This document shows positions 40,506 through 49,596 of a stretch of DNA of 50,931 nt, in pieces. Position numbers and translations under genes: made by a program. The stretch is from an uncultured Pygmaiobacter sp. GTDB taxonomy: Bacteria; Bacillota; Clostridia; Oscillospirales; Ruminococcaceae. The DNA lies in assembly GCA_944388335.1 (NCBI GenBank), contig CALXIJ010000080.1, positions 1-50,931 on the forward strand. Reading direction: 5' to 3'. Position 1 is the stretch's first letter. Every line of letters starts with the position of its first letter. The notes below the pieces were generated by a model, which was not told where the DNA came from, made no database searches, and saw only the letters and a list, made by a program, of their open reading frames with translations.

Positions 40506-40727
40506 GGCGCGACCTCCCGCCTCGCAGAACATAACGGAGAACGTGCAGTGAACACCTTCATTGTATCGGATCCGGACACAGGGGTAAAGCGCCGGCTGAG
40601 GAGGAAAAAGGGCGAGCGGATCAAACAGCGGGACGGGAGGAATCGGATGACGGCTTTCAGACTGGGTGCCGGTATGGTATAATGAGTAAAAAAGCCGCAC
40701 CAGCGGCATGGGTCAGGAGGGAATCAG

Positions 40728-42500
40728 ATGTTTTGCGATCTCTACACGCCGGAGGGGGAACAGATCGCCCAAACCCCGTGGCAGCGCTATCCTCGCCCGC
40801 AGCTGCGGCGGGACAGCTTCTTGAATCTGAACGGCCGATGGGAGTTTATGGTGCAGGCGGATGAGGCGCTGCCGAAACGGTATGAGCGGGAAATTTTGGT
40901 GCCCTTCTGCCCGGAAAGCCTCCTCTCGGGGCAGAAGATCCACCCGGCGGAGGGCAGCTTCCTCTTTTACCGGCGCGGCTTTGTGCTGCCGGAGGGATTC
41001 AACCGCGGGCGGGTGCTGCTGCAGATCGGTGCGGCGGACCAGCAGCTTGACTGCTATCTCAACGGGAAATGGATCGGCGGGCATCTGGGCGGGTATGAGC
41101 GGATGACCTTTGAGCTGACCGATGCGCTGGAGGAACACAACGAGCTGGTGCTGCGGGTGCGGGACGATCTGCGGGACAAGACCCAGCCCTATGGAAAACA
41201 GACGATGCGCCGCGGCGGGATGTGGTACACGCCGGTCTCCGGCATCTGGCAGACGGTCTGGCTGGAGAGTGTGCCGAGGGAATATGTCCATGCACTGCGG
41301 ATTCGGGCGGACGACTGCCGGGCGGAGATCGACACCGGGGACCCCTCGCTTTGCGGGGAACTGCGGGTGACCACGCCGCAGGGGGAGATCTGCTGCCCGC
41401 TTGTGGGGGGAAAGGCGGTTGTGGAGCCGGAACACCCCTCCCGCTGGAGCCCGGAGCACCCCTACCTCTACCACTTTGTCCTGACGGCAGGGCAGGACCG
41501 AGTGGAGAGTTATTTTGCGCTGCGCCGGCTGGAGATCCGGCGGCTCGACGGCATCGCACGGCTCTGTCTCAACGGCAGACCCTATTTTTTCCATGGGGTG
41601 CTGGATCAGGGGTATTACAGCGACGGGCTCTTTACTCCGGCGGACCCATCCTGCTATGAGCGGGATATCCTGACGATGAAATCCCTCGGCTTCAACACGC
41701 TGCGCAAACATATCAAGATCGAGCCGGAGGAGTTCTACTATCAGTGCGACCGGCTGGGGATGGCGGTCGTTCAGGATATGGTCAACAACGGGGAGTACCG
41801 GTTTTTGCGGGATACGCTGCTGCCGACCTTGGGATTTCAGCGGCGGCGGGATCAAGCGCTGCACCCCGATCCGGCAGAGCGGCAGGCCTTTTTTGCGGGG
41901 ATGGAAGCGGCGGTGCGCCAACTCGATAACCACCCCTGCATCGTCGGATGGACCATCTTCAACGAGGGGTGGGGACAGTTTGACTCCACCGCAGCCTATC
42001 GACGGCTGAGGGCGCTGGATGATACCCGGTTCATCGACGCCGCCTCGGGCTGGTTTTCGGGCGGGGAGAGCGATCTCGACAGCCGGCACATCTACTTTGG
42101 CCCTTGGCGGCTTCGGGCGGGCAGCCGACCGCTGGTCCTCTCGGAGTTCGGCGGCTGTTGTCTCGCGGTCGAGGGGCACAGGTTCCATCCCGGACGGGCC
42201 TACGGATACAGCGCAGCGCGGAACCGAGAGGCACTCGCACGGGCGGTGCTCGGCCTGTATGAAAAGAGGGTGCTTCCCGCGGTCAAAAAGGGGCTGTGTG
42301 CCGCGATCTACACCCAGCTCTCGGATGTGGAGGATGAGATCAATGGCCTTGTGACCTATGATCGAAAGGTCGTCAAGCTGGATGCGGAGCCGATGCGGGC
42401 GTTGGCCCAGCGGCTGCAGGAGGCAGTCAGCGGGAAGGAGAAAGACGAGAGAACGGTTTGTGCAGATTCTCCGTCCGAGGGACGGCGGACAGGCGAGTGA
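40728..42500 (+). CDS. Glycoside hydrolase family 2 protein
   Basis: YPRPQLRR, LNGRWEF, SGIWQTVWLE, GVLDQGY, RKHIK, acid/base FNEGWGQ, nucleophile region LSEFGG, YTQLSDVE. Confidence 0.92.
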   Translation: MFCDLYTPEGEQIAQTPWQRYPRPQLRRDSFLNLNGRWEFMVQADEALPKRYEREILVPFCPESLLSGQKIHPAEGSFLFYRRGFVLPEGFNRGRVLLQIGAADQQLDCYLNGKWIGGHLGGYERMTFELTDALEEHNELVLRVRDDLRDKTQPYGKQTMRRGGMWYTPVSGIWQTVWLESVPREYVHALRIRADDCRAEIDTGDPSLCGELRVTTPQGEICCPLVGGKAVVEPEHPSRWSPEHPYLYHFVLTAGQDRVESYFALRRLEIRRLDGIARLCLNGRPYFFHGVLDQGYYSDGLFTPADPSCYERDILTMKSLGFNTLRKHIKIEPEEFYYQCDRLGMAVVQDMVNNGEYRFLRDTLLPTLGFQRRRDQALHPDPAERQAFFAGMEAAVRQLDNHPCIVGWTIFNEGWGQFDSTAAYRRLRALDDTRFIDAASGWFSGGESDLDSRHIYFGPWRLRAGSRPLVLSEFGGCCLAVEGHRFHPGRAYGYSAARNREALARAVLGLYEKRVLPAVKKGLCAAIYTQLSDVEDEINGLVTYDRKVVKLDAEPMRALAQRLQEAVSGKEKDERTVCADSPSEGRRTGE

Positions 42501-42530
42501 GAGAGATAGAAAAATAAGGAGGAGAATCAG

Positions 42531-43976
42531 ATGTATTGCCCAAAATGCGGCCAGAAGATCGGGGAGGACACCCGCTTTTGTCCATTCTGCGGGACGAGGA
42601 TCCAGACCGAGCAAAGAGAGGAGACCTCTTCAGCCGGACAGCAGCAAGCCGGCAGGGTGCAGGATACAAGTCAGAACCCGGCGAGTGGCACGGGGTACGG
42701 CGCACAGCCGGGAGGATACAGCGCGCAGCCGGGAGGATACAGCGCGCAGCCCGAGGGATACGGTGCGCAGCCGGGGGAAGTGAAGACGCGCCCGGTCAAC
42801 TTCTATTATCAGCGGCAGTTTGACGCCATCGCACAGGGAGAGCCGAGCCGGTTCAACTGGGCGGCCTTCTTCCTCGGGCCGTTTCACGCGCTCTATCGCG
42901 GGCACACAAAGCGGTTTCTCACGCTCTATCTGCCGCAGCTTCTGCTGATGGTAGCCGATCAGATTGCGCTGCTCGCCTCGATCAAAGAGCGAAATCTGGC
43001 GCTGATGGGCGCGGCGGGGATTTTCGGGGTGGTGCTGGGTCTGGCGGGTCTTTGCATCGCGATCTATAACGGGATCACCTTTAATCAGAGTTATGCTAAA
43101 CACTGCGGCGGTGATCCGCGGGTCGCATGTCACGGCGGCCGGGTTGTGGTGCTGATCCTGCTGGAGGTGCTGGTCTCTGCCGCTCTCATGGTGGGATTTT
43201 TCCTCATAGCCATTTCGCAGCTTTTGCCCTCCGATCACTCTTTTGATCCCTCTTTTGAGGTGATGCCTTCCGACAGCGAGATTTTACAGGAGCCGCAGTC
43301 GTCGGGCAGTCAGGAGAAAATGGAGGAACTGCTCGCGGCCTATGCGGATATTCCCGCGGATCAGCTCTATCTTATGGGCTGGTGCGATCCCGATGCCACC
43401 GCTGAGGAGGTCCGGCTGGACAGCGTGTATCTCTTCCGTTCGGATGAGATCCTGCTGACCGATGTGCTCACTGCGGCCTGCCAGAACTGGTTCTGGGAGA
43501 CGGTCGAGCCGGAAGAGTCGTTTTTTGAGGGAGATCCGCTGTACTATCTGATTTACTGCACCCTTGACGAGGGGGAGATCTGCTTCGAGGTTGCCACTGG
43601 CGGGGGGAACGTCCAGATTCTGGGCTGTCATCTCTGGCAGGGAGAGGAATATGTCGGGCTGGACCAGCAGCAGGCCAGTGCGCTGCTCGAGAATATCTAT
43701 GAGCGCGCCGGCGCCCCGCAATCGATTGCCTTTGAGGCGCGCGGCAGCTGGCGGACATCGGACGGCGTCGAGTTTGTGATGGACAAAGACACCATCAACG
43801 GACAGCCCTACACCCTCTGGTTTATGCGGGAGGGGGGCCTTGTCGTCTACCTCGATGATGTCGAGGGGGTTCAGGGAGAGTATTTTATGATGTTGGATGA
43901 TGGGATTCTCAATGTCTGGCAGTATGACGAAGAGGACAACATCATCAATGACCTGTACTATTCCAAAGTAGACTAA
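42531..43976 (+). CDS. Zinc-ribbon + DUF2628-like membrane protein with an acidic C-terminal domain
   Basis: MYCPKCG...FCPFCG ribbon; YYQRQF...FNWAAFF motif; 3-4 TMs; AAGGAGGAG RBS. Confidence 0.8.
   Translation: MYCPKCGQKIGEDTRFCPFCGTRIQTEQREETSSAGQQQAGRVQDTSQNPASGTGYGAQPGGYSAQPGGYSAQPEGYGAQPGEVKTRPVNFYYQRQFDAIAQGEPSRFNWAAFFLGPFHALYRGHTKRFLTLYLPQLLLMVADQIALLASIKERNLALMGAAGIFGVVLGLAGLCIAIYNGITFNQSYAKHCGGDPRVACHGGRVVVLILLEVLVSAALMVGFFLIAISQLLPSDHSFDPSFEVMPSDSEILQEPQSSGSQEKMEELLAAYADIPADQLYLMGWCDPDATAEEVRLDSVYLFRSDEILLTDVLTAACQNWFWETVEPEESFFEGDPLYYLIYCTLDEGEICFEVATGGGNVQILGCHLWQGEEYVGLDQQQASALLENIYERAGAPQSIAFEARGSWRTSDGVEFVMDKDTINGQPYTLWFMREGGLVVYLDDVEGVQGEYFMMLDDGILNVWQYDEEDNIINDLYYSKVD
42693..42776 (+). 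repeat. Four 21-bp tandem repeats encoding GY(S/G)AQP(G/E)
   Basis: gggtacggcgcacagccggga / ggatacagcgcgcagccggga / ggatacagcgcgcagcccgag / ggatacggtgcgcagccgggg. Confidence 0.95.
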
Positions 43977-44088
43977 AAAAGCGATTCAAAACACGGCGAA
44001 CAGAGGACGCCGCACGGGAACAGTCCGCTTTTGCGAGGAGCGGGAAGCGCGATTTGACGCAAAACCGCGCAAAAAAGCGCGGGGGGAA

Positions 44089-44117
44089 TTGACTTGCGGG
44101 CAAAGATGTGCGATACT
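44089..44117 (+). promoter_or_regulatory. Probable SigA promoter of the MATE gene
   Basis: TTGACT-N17-GATACT with a TG extended -10. Confidence 0.6.
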
Positions 44118-44252
44118 CCATAAGGATTGCAAATAAACAGCAAGAAAAGCGCAGTGACAGGGAACCGGGGCGCCGTTTTACGGCACCCCGGTTTTGAGCG
44201 AATCGCCGGGAAGCGATCGGTGATGCAAGATCTTTTGGGAGGGGTCGAAAAG

Positions 44253-45653
44253 ATGGAGAGAACCCAGCGTGGAGGCGCCGGCCGCAACCTGACCGAGGGG
44301 GTCATCTGGAAACAGCTGCTGGCCTATTTTTTCCCGATCCTGTTCGGGACCTTTTTTCAGCAGCTCTATAACACCGCGGACGCGATGATTGTGGGGCAGT
44401 TTGTCGGCAAGGAGGCGCTTGCCGCAGTGGGCGGTGCAACCGGCACCCTCATCAATTTTATCGTCAACCTGTTTGTCGGCATCTCCTCCGGCACGACGGT
44501 TGTGGTGGCGCAGCTGTATGGCGCCGGGCAGCACCGCCGGGTGAGCGATGCGGTGCACACCTCCTTTGCGCTCGCGATCAGCGCAGGGTTGGGGATGACG
44601 GTGCTCACGCTGATTCTGGCGCGCCCGGTGCTGCTTGCGATGGGCACGCCGGAAGACGTGCTGCCCTACGCGCTGCCCTATCTGCGGACGGTACTACTGG
44701 GTGTGGTGCCCTCCTTCCTCTACAATATTGGCTCCGGCGTATTGAGGGCGGTCGGGGATACCCGACGGCCGCTCTACTTCCTCGTCGCGGCCTGCCTGAC
44801 CAACATTGTGCTGGACCTGCTGTTTGTCGCCGGCATGGGGATGGGGGTCTTTGGCGCGGCACTGGCCACCATCCTCTCGCAGGCACTCAGCGCAGTGCTG
44901 ACCCTTTATTCCCTCTCGGCAACGCCGGCCTGCTACCGGTTTGTCCCCGCAAAACTGCGGTTTACCAAAGGGGTGCTCGGCGGGGTGCTGCGGGTCGGGA
45001 TCCCGGCCGGCATCCAGTCGAATATGTACTCGATCTCCAATATTATCATCCAGACCTGCATCAACTCGTTCGGCACCGATACGATGGCGGCATGGACCGC
45101 ACACGGCAAGATCGACGGCTTTTTCTGGATGATTATGAGCGCGTTCGGCATTGCAGTCACCGCCTTTGTGGGACAGAACTTCGGCGCACGGCGGTATGAC
45201 CGGATCCGCCAGAGCGTGCGGGTCTGTCTGCTGCTCTCGGCAGGCACCGCCATCCTGCTCAGCACCGCTTATGTCGGATTGGCCGGGACGGTGCTGCGGA
45301 TTTTTACAAACGATGCGGCGGTGCTCGAGATCGGCCGCCAGATCGTCCATACCACCGTTCCGTTCTACCTGACCTATATCTGCGCCGAGATCATGTCCGC
45401 CGCAATCCGCGGCTGCGGCGAGGCCCTGCCTCCGATGCTGATGGTGGCGGGCAGCGTCTGTGTGCTGCGGATTGTCTGGATCCTGATCATGCTGCCGATT
45501 CGCCGCGAACTGAGCACCGTGCTGTACAGTTATCCCCTCAGCTGGATCTGTGTCTCGGCTGTCTTTATCGTCTATTATCTGCGCGGAGGATGGCTCCGCC
45601 GGTGCATCAAAAAGGCCTTTGGAGAGGACCAAACAGTCCAAAAACAAGCCTAA
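44253..45653 (+). CDS. MATE-family efflux transporter
   Basis: QQLYNTADAMIVG, ALAAVG, LRAVGDTRRPL, NIVLD, GAALAT, GQNFGA; GGGAGGGG RBS. Confidence 0.95.
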   Translation: MERTQRGGAGRNLTEGVIWKQLLAYFFPILFGTFFQQLYNTADAMIVGQFVGKEALAAVGGATGTLINFIVNLFVGISSGTTVVVAQLYGAGQHRRVSDAVHTSFALAISAGLGMTVLTLILARPVLLAMGTPEDVLPYALPYLRTVLLGVVPSFLYNIGSGVLRAVGDTRRPLYFLVAACLTNIVLDLLFVAGMGMGVFGAALATILSQALSAVLTLYSLSATPACYRFVPAKLRFTKGVLGGVLRVGIPAGIQSNMYSISNIIIQTCINSFGTDTMAAWTAHGKIDGFFWMIMSAFGIAVTAFVGQNFGARRYDRIRQSVRVCLLLSAGTAILLSTAYVGLAGTVLRIFTNDAAVLEIGRQIVHTTVPFYLTYICAEIMSAAIRGCGEALPPMLMVAGSVCVLRIVWILIMLPIRRELSTVLYSYPLSWICVSAVFIVYYLRGGWLRRCIKKAFGEDQTVQKQA

Positions 45654-45660
45654 AACAGAA

Positions 45661-45703
45661 ATAACAAAAGGGATATTTCATAAAGAAATATCCCTTTTGT
45701 TAT
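45661..45703. terminator. Bidirectional terminator between MATE and gluQ
   Basis: ATAACAAAAGGGATATTTC-ataaa-GAAATATCCCTTTTGTTAT, a perfect 19-bp stem. Confidence 0.85.
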
Positions 45704-45820
45704 ATTATTTCCCTTGAAAAAGAAGGTTTAAAAGGAGGGTTTTCAACATTCAACATTACAAATGTTGAAAACTGAGCCGAAAGTTTCAAAAAAGGCGAGA
45801 AGGGCAGGACGAACCCACCT

Positions 45821-46792
45821 TTAAAACGGCGGTCCATCGAAGAGTCCGGCGGGAAGGGGGATGTCTTCTTTTGGAATCTTGTCCCACCGAAAGAGGGGCA
45901 GGAGCTGCCGCGGTGTAGCAGGAACGGGGCGCTCCAGCAGACCGGCGGTGTAGGCGAGGGCGCCGGTGATCCCGGCAGCGGTAAATCCCCGCGCCCGCAG
46001 CGCATCCAGACCGAGATCGGCGTCCCGTTTGGAGAGGCGCCGGCCGTCCGGCGCGAGGAGGAGCGGCAGGTGACAGAAGGAGGGCGGGGCGGCGCCGAGC
46101 AGCCGGTAGAGGTAGAGCTGACGCGGGGTGGAGGAGAGCAGGTCGCGCCCCCGCACCACCTCGGTGATCCCCATCGCGGCATCGTCCGCAACCACCGCCA
46201 GCTGGTAGGCAAAGACCCCGTCCGAACGGCGGAGGATAAAGTCCCCGCATTCCCGCGCGAGATTCTGGCTGCAGCGGCCATAGTGCCGGTCGAAAAAGGA
46301 GATCTCCTCATCCGGAACGATCAGCCGCAGCGCGGGGTCCCGCAGCAGGATACGCCGGCGGATCTCCTCCTCGCTCAGATTGCGGCAGGTGCCGGGGTAG
46401 ACCACCTCCCCGTCGGCGGCATGGGGCGCGCTCGCCGCGTGGAGCTGTGCGCGGGAGCAAAAGCAGGGATAAACCAACCCCTGCCGGCGCAGCCGGGAGA
46501 GAATCTGCTCGTAGAAAGGGCCGCGGAGACTCTGCTCATAGGGGGCATGGGGCCCCGCAGCACCGCAGCCGCCCTCATCCCAATCCAGTCCCAAAAATTC
46601 GAGATCCCGCTGGAGCTGATCGGTGTATTCCCGCTTTGAGCGGGCCGGGTCGAGGTCCTCGATCCGAAGCAAAATCCGGCCGCCCTGTTGTTTGGCCGAG
46701 AGCCAGGCCAGCAGCGAGCAGAAGAGGTTGCCCAGATGCAGCCGTCCGCTCGGGCTGGGGGCGAATCTCCCGACCACCTCACGCTGCGCCAA
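45821..46792 (-). CDS. gluQ: Glutamyl-Q tRNA(Asp) synthetase
   Basis: GRFAPSPSGRLHLGN, RIEDLD, CFCSR...YPGTC zinc site, YQLAVVADD, VVRGRDL, RLSKR; no anticodon-binding domain. Confidence 0.93.
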   Translation of the reverse strand: MAQREVVGRFAPSPSGRLHLGNLFCSLLAWLSAKQQGGRILLRIEDLDPARSKREYTDQLQRDLEFLGLDWDEGGCGAAGPHAPYEQSLRGPFYEQILSRLRRQGLVYPCFCSRAQLHAASAPHAADGEVVYPGTCRNLSEEEIRRRILLRDPALRLIVPDEEISFFDRHYGRCSQNLARECGDFILRRSDGVFAYQLAVVADDAAMGITEVVRGRDLLSSTPRQLYLYRLLGAAPPSFCHLPLLLAPDGRRLSKRDADLGLDALRARGFTAAGITGALAYTAGLLERPVPATPRQLLPLFRWDKIPKEDIPLPAGLFDGPPF

Positions 46793-47078
46793 ACCTGACC
46801 ACTCCTCTCCCGCTGTCCGCTCTTCACTGCCCTTTTTCAGGGGAAAAATTCTCTCCTTATTATAAAGGAAATGCCGCCGATTTCAAACCCCGCGGCGGTG
46901 CAGCAGAAAAGGCACAAAATCCTCCGGAGAATAATTTGTATAATTTAATAAGAAAAATACAAAATGGAATTTTATTGGCCTTGTACCGGAGACGAAAATG
47001 CGGTATCATGGATATGATACCGCAAGAGAAAGGGCGATATACAGCAAATCGATTGCGGCGAAAAAGAGGGAGGACGGA

Positions 47079-48254
47079 ATGAAACGGGAGAATAAATTCT
47101 GGATTCGGATCCTGCTGGGGATTGCCGGACTCATTTTATTTGCATGGCTGCTCGACAATGCAAAGGTCGCGCTGGAACTGCTGAGGACATTGGCGGGGAT
47201 CTTGGCCCCGTTCCTGATCGGGCTGGTGATCGCCTTTGTCCTCAATGTGCCGACCCGCGCGATTGAGCGGGTGCTGCGGCGGTATCTCTTCAAGAAAAGT
47301 TGTTCCGGCGGCGCACCGCGCGCGGTCAGCCTGCTGATTACCCTGATCTGCCTGTGCGGGATCGGGGTCCTGCTGTCGGTGATTATTCTGCCGGAACTTG
47401 GCCGCACCTTGGCTGGGATTGGCCAGCAGATCCCGGCGTTTTTCCAGCGGGTGCAGCAGAAGGCGCTCGGGCTGGAGGCATGGGGTCCCCAGCTGCGGGA
47501 GCTGATCACATCGCTTCAGCTGGACTGGAAGAAGATCGCCGATTCGGCGATGGGCTTTTTGCAGAACGGCGCGACCTCGATTCTGGATTCCACCATGAGC
47601 ATCGCCACCTCGGTATTCAGCGGGGTGTTCAACTTCTTTATGGGCTTCATCTTCGCGCTCTACCTGCTGTTTGACAAGGAGCATCTCGGGGTGCAGGCGC
47701 GGCGGGTGCTCTATGCCTGGCTGCCGGTTGAGCGGGCGGACCGGGTGGTCTATGTCACCGCGCTGACCGAGCGCACCTTCTCGAGATTCCTCACCGGGCA
47801 GTGTCTGGAAGCGATCATTCTGGGGATGATGTTCTTTGTCTCGATGAGCCTGATCGGCCTGCCCTATGCGATGCTGGTCGCGATGCTGGTCGCGGTGACG
47901 GCGCTGATCCCGATGTTCGGTGCCTTTATCGGCTGCTTTGTGGGCGCCTTTTTGATCCTCGTCGTCGACCCGATGCAGGCGCTCTGGTTCGTGGTTCTCT
48001 TTCTGGTCCTCCAGCAGATTGAGGGCAATCTCATCTACCCCAGAGTGGTCGGCAGCTCGATCGGTCTGCCCGCGATGTGGGTGATGGTCGCAGTCACCGT
48101 TGGCGGCAGCACAATGGGGATCCTCGGAATGCTGCTGATGGTGCCGGCGGCCTCGGTGATCTATGCGCTCTCGCGGGAGAATACTGCCCGGCGGCTGGTC
48201 GCACGGCAGGTGCCCGGTGATCGGTATGCAGAGCGCAAAAAGGAAGGAAAATAG
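47079..48254 (+). CDS. AI-2E (PerM/TqsA) family transporter
   Basis: PFLIGLVIAFVLNVP, RFLTGQ, LIPMFGAFIG, QQIEGNLIYPRVVGSSIGLP. Confidence 0.93.
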   Translation: MKRENKFWIRILLGIAGLILFAWLLDNAKVALELLRTLAGILAPFLIGLVIAFVLNVPTRAIERVLRRYLFKKSCSGGAPRAVSLLITLICLCGIGVLLSVIILPELGRTLAGIGQQIPAFFQRVQQKALGLEAWGPQLRELITSLQLDWKKIADSAMGFLQNGATSILDSTMSIATSVFSGVFNFFMGFIFALYLLFDKEHLGVQARRVLYAWLPVERADRVVYVTALTERTFSRFLTGQCLEAIILGMMFFVSMSLIGLPYAMLVAMLVAVTALIPMFGAFIGCFVGAFLILVVDPMQALWFVVLFLVLQQIEGNLIYPRVVGSSIGLPAMWVMVAVTVGGSTMGILGMLLMVPAASVIYALSRENTARRLVARQVPGDRYAERKKEGK

Positions 48255-48259
48255 CGCAA

Positions 48260-48300
48260 AAACCGGCAGGGAAGAAGAAAATCCCTGCCGGTTTCGCTTT
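48260..48300 (+). terminator. Terminator after the AI-2E gene
   Basis: AAACCGGCAGGGA...TCCCTGCCGGTTT. Confidence 0.75.
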
Positions 48301-48427
48301 ATACAGGCTGGTGTTCTTGTGGCTGTGTACGAAAAACAATCTGCAAAATGGATTCAAATCAGCAAAAAAACGGTGGAAATTCCCAAAGTAGAGGTGTATA
48401 ATTGACTTTATCAATCTACTACGTTAT

Positions 48428-48447
48428 CACTCTACTATAATAAAGCA
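48428..48447. promoter_or_regulatory. Candidate HisR (YerC/TrpR-like) operator
   Basis: cACTcTActataaTAAAGca resembles the ACTTTA-N6-TAAAGT palindrome and lies just upstream of the hisZ RBS. Confidence 0.5.
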
Positions 48448-48465
48448 AAACGAGGAGGAACCGGA

Positions 48466-49596
48466 ATGTCACAGACCTACGATCCGCTGTCCCGCGCCGA
48501 GCGGGCCGGGCTGGAACTGCGGGGGCTGTATGAGAGATATGGATACCGCAAGTACCGGATGGGTCAATTTGAGGAATACAGTCTTTATATGGACAACAAG
48601 AATTTTTTGTCCAGTGAAAACGTGATCGTGTTCACCGATCTGGACGGGCGGCTGATGGCGCTCAAGCCCGATATTACCCTCAGCATCGTGCGGCACGCCG
48701 CAAAGGAGCCCGCCGCCGCGGAGAAGCTCTACTACACCGAGACGATCTACCGCCCCAGCGCCGAGAGCCACACCTTCAAGGAGATCAGCCAGATGGGGAT
48801 GGAGTACATCGGGGTGATCGATCGGTATGCGACAAGCGAGGTCCTGCTGCTCGCGGCAAAGAGTCTGGAGGCGTTCGGCCTGCCCTGGCTGCTGGAGATC
48901 AGCGATATGCGGTTTGTCGTGGGGCTGCTGGATGCGCTGGGGCTGCAGGATGGGCTGCGGTCCCGGGCGCTGATCGCACTGGGACAGAAGAACCGTCCCG
49001 CGCTGACGGCGATCGCTGCCGAGGCCGGCCTTGCCGGCCCGGATGCCGAGGCACTCGCCGCGCCGGCCGGGCTCTATGGCCCGTGGGAGACAACCCTCGC
49101 GCAGGCGCGGGGGCTCTGCCGCAGCGCGGGGATGGCCGAGGCGCTGGAGGAGCTGGAGGCGATCTGCCGCAGCATGACGCGGGAGCGGGCAGAGCGGATC
49201 CAGCTGGATTTCTCGCTGGCGGGCCACACCGATTATTATAACGGGGTGCTGCTGCGCGGCTACCTCGAGGGACTGCCCCGGGCGGTGCTGACCGGCGGTC
49301 GGTACGACAACATCCTCAAGAAGTTCGGCAAGCGGGGCGGCGGCATCGGCTTCGCGCTGGACCTGTCCGAGATCGGGCGGCTGCCCGACCGGCAGGCCGG
49401 CGCCGACCTCAATCTGCTGGTGCGGTACACCCCCGACGCCGATCCCGCCGCGGTCGCTGCGGCCGTCGCGCAGGCGGCCGATGCAGGGCTGCGGGTGCGG
49501 GCGATGCCGCAGGGCGAGGACCCGTCCGGCCTGCACTGGGAGCGCCAGCTGTGGGTAGACGCGCAGGGCGTGCGGGAAGGAGGCGCCGAAGCATGA
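48466..49596 (+). CDS. hisZ: ATP phosphoribosyltransferase regulatory subunit
   Basis: HisRS-like motifs LMALKPDITLSI, QMGMEYIG, YYNG, GGRYD, GFAL; precedes a short hisG. Confidence 0.93.
   Translation: MSQTYDPLSRAERAGLELRGLYERYGYRKYRMGQFEEYSLYMDNKNFLSSENVIVFTDLDGRLMALKPDITLSIVRHAAKEPAAAEKLYYTETIYRPSAESHTFKEISQMGMEYIGVIDRYATSEVLLLAAKSLEAFGLPWLLEISDMRFVVGLLDALGLQDGLRSRALIALGQKNRPALTAIAAEAGLAGPDAEALAAPAGLYGPWETTLAQARGLCRSAGMAEALEELEAICRSMTRERAERIQLDFSLAGHTDYYNGVLLRGYLEGLPRAVLTGGRYDNILKKFGKRGGGIGFALDLSEIGRLPDRQAGADLNLLVRYTPDADPAAVAAAVAQAADAGLRVRAMPQGEDPSGLHWERQLWVDAQGVREGGAEA

Noticed and set aside
40713-42614. 633-aa minus-strand ORF over the GH2 gene (similarly those over htrA, yidC, mnmG, serS and hisZ)
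   Set aside because: Antisense shadows of well-supported genes.
42693-42776. Possible CRISPR array
   Set aside because: Repeats are contiguous, in frame and have no spacers; no cas genes in the window.
44145-44215. T-box stem I resemblance (GCAGTGACAGGGAAC...AGCGA)
   Set aside because: No T-box antiterminator sequence (AGGGTGGNACCGCG) and the leader is too short.
45821-46792. Truncated gltX pseudogene
   Set aside because: The length and intact motifs fit GluQ, which naturally lacks the anticodon-binding domain.
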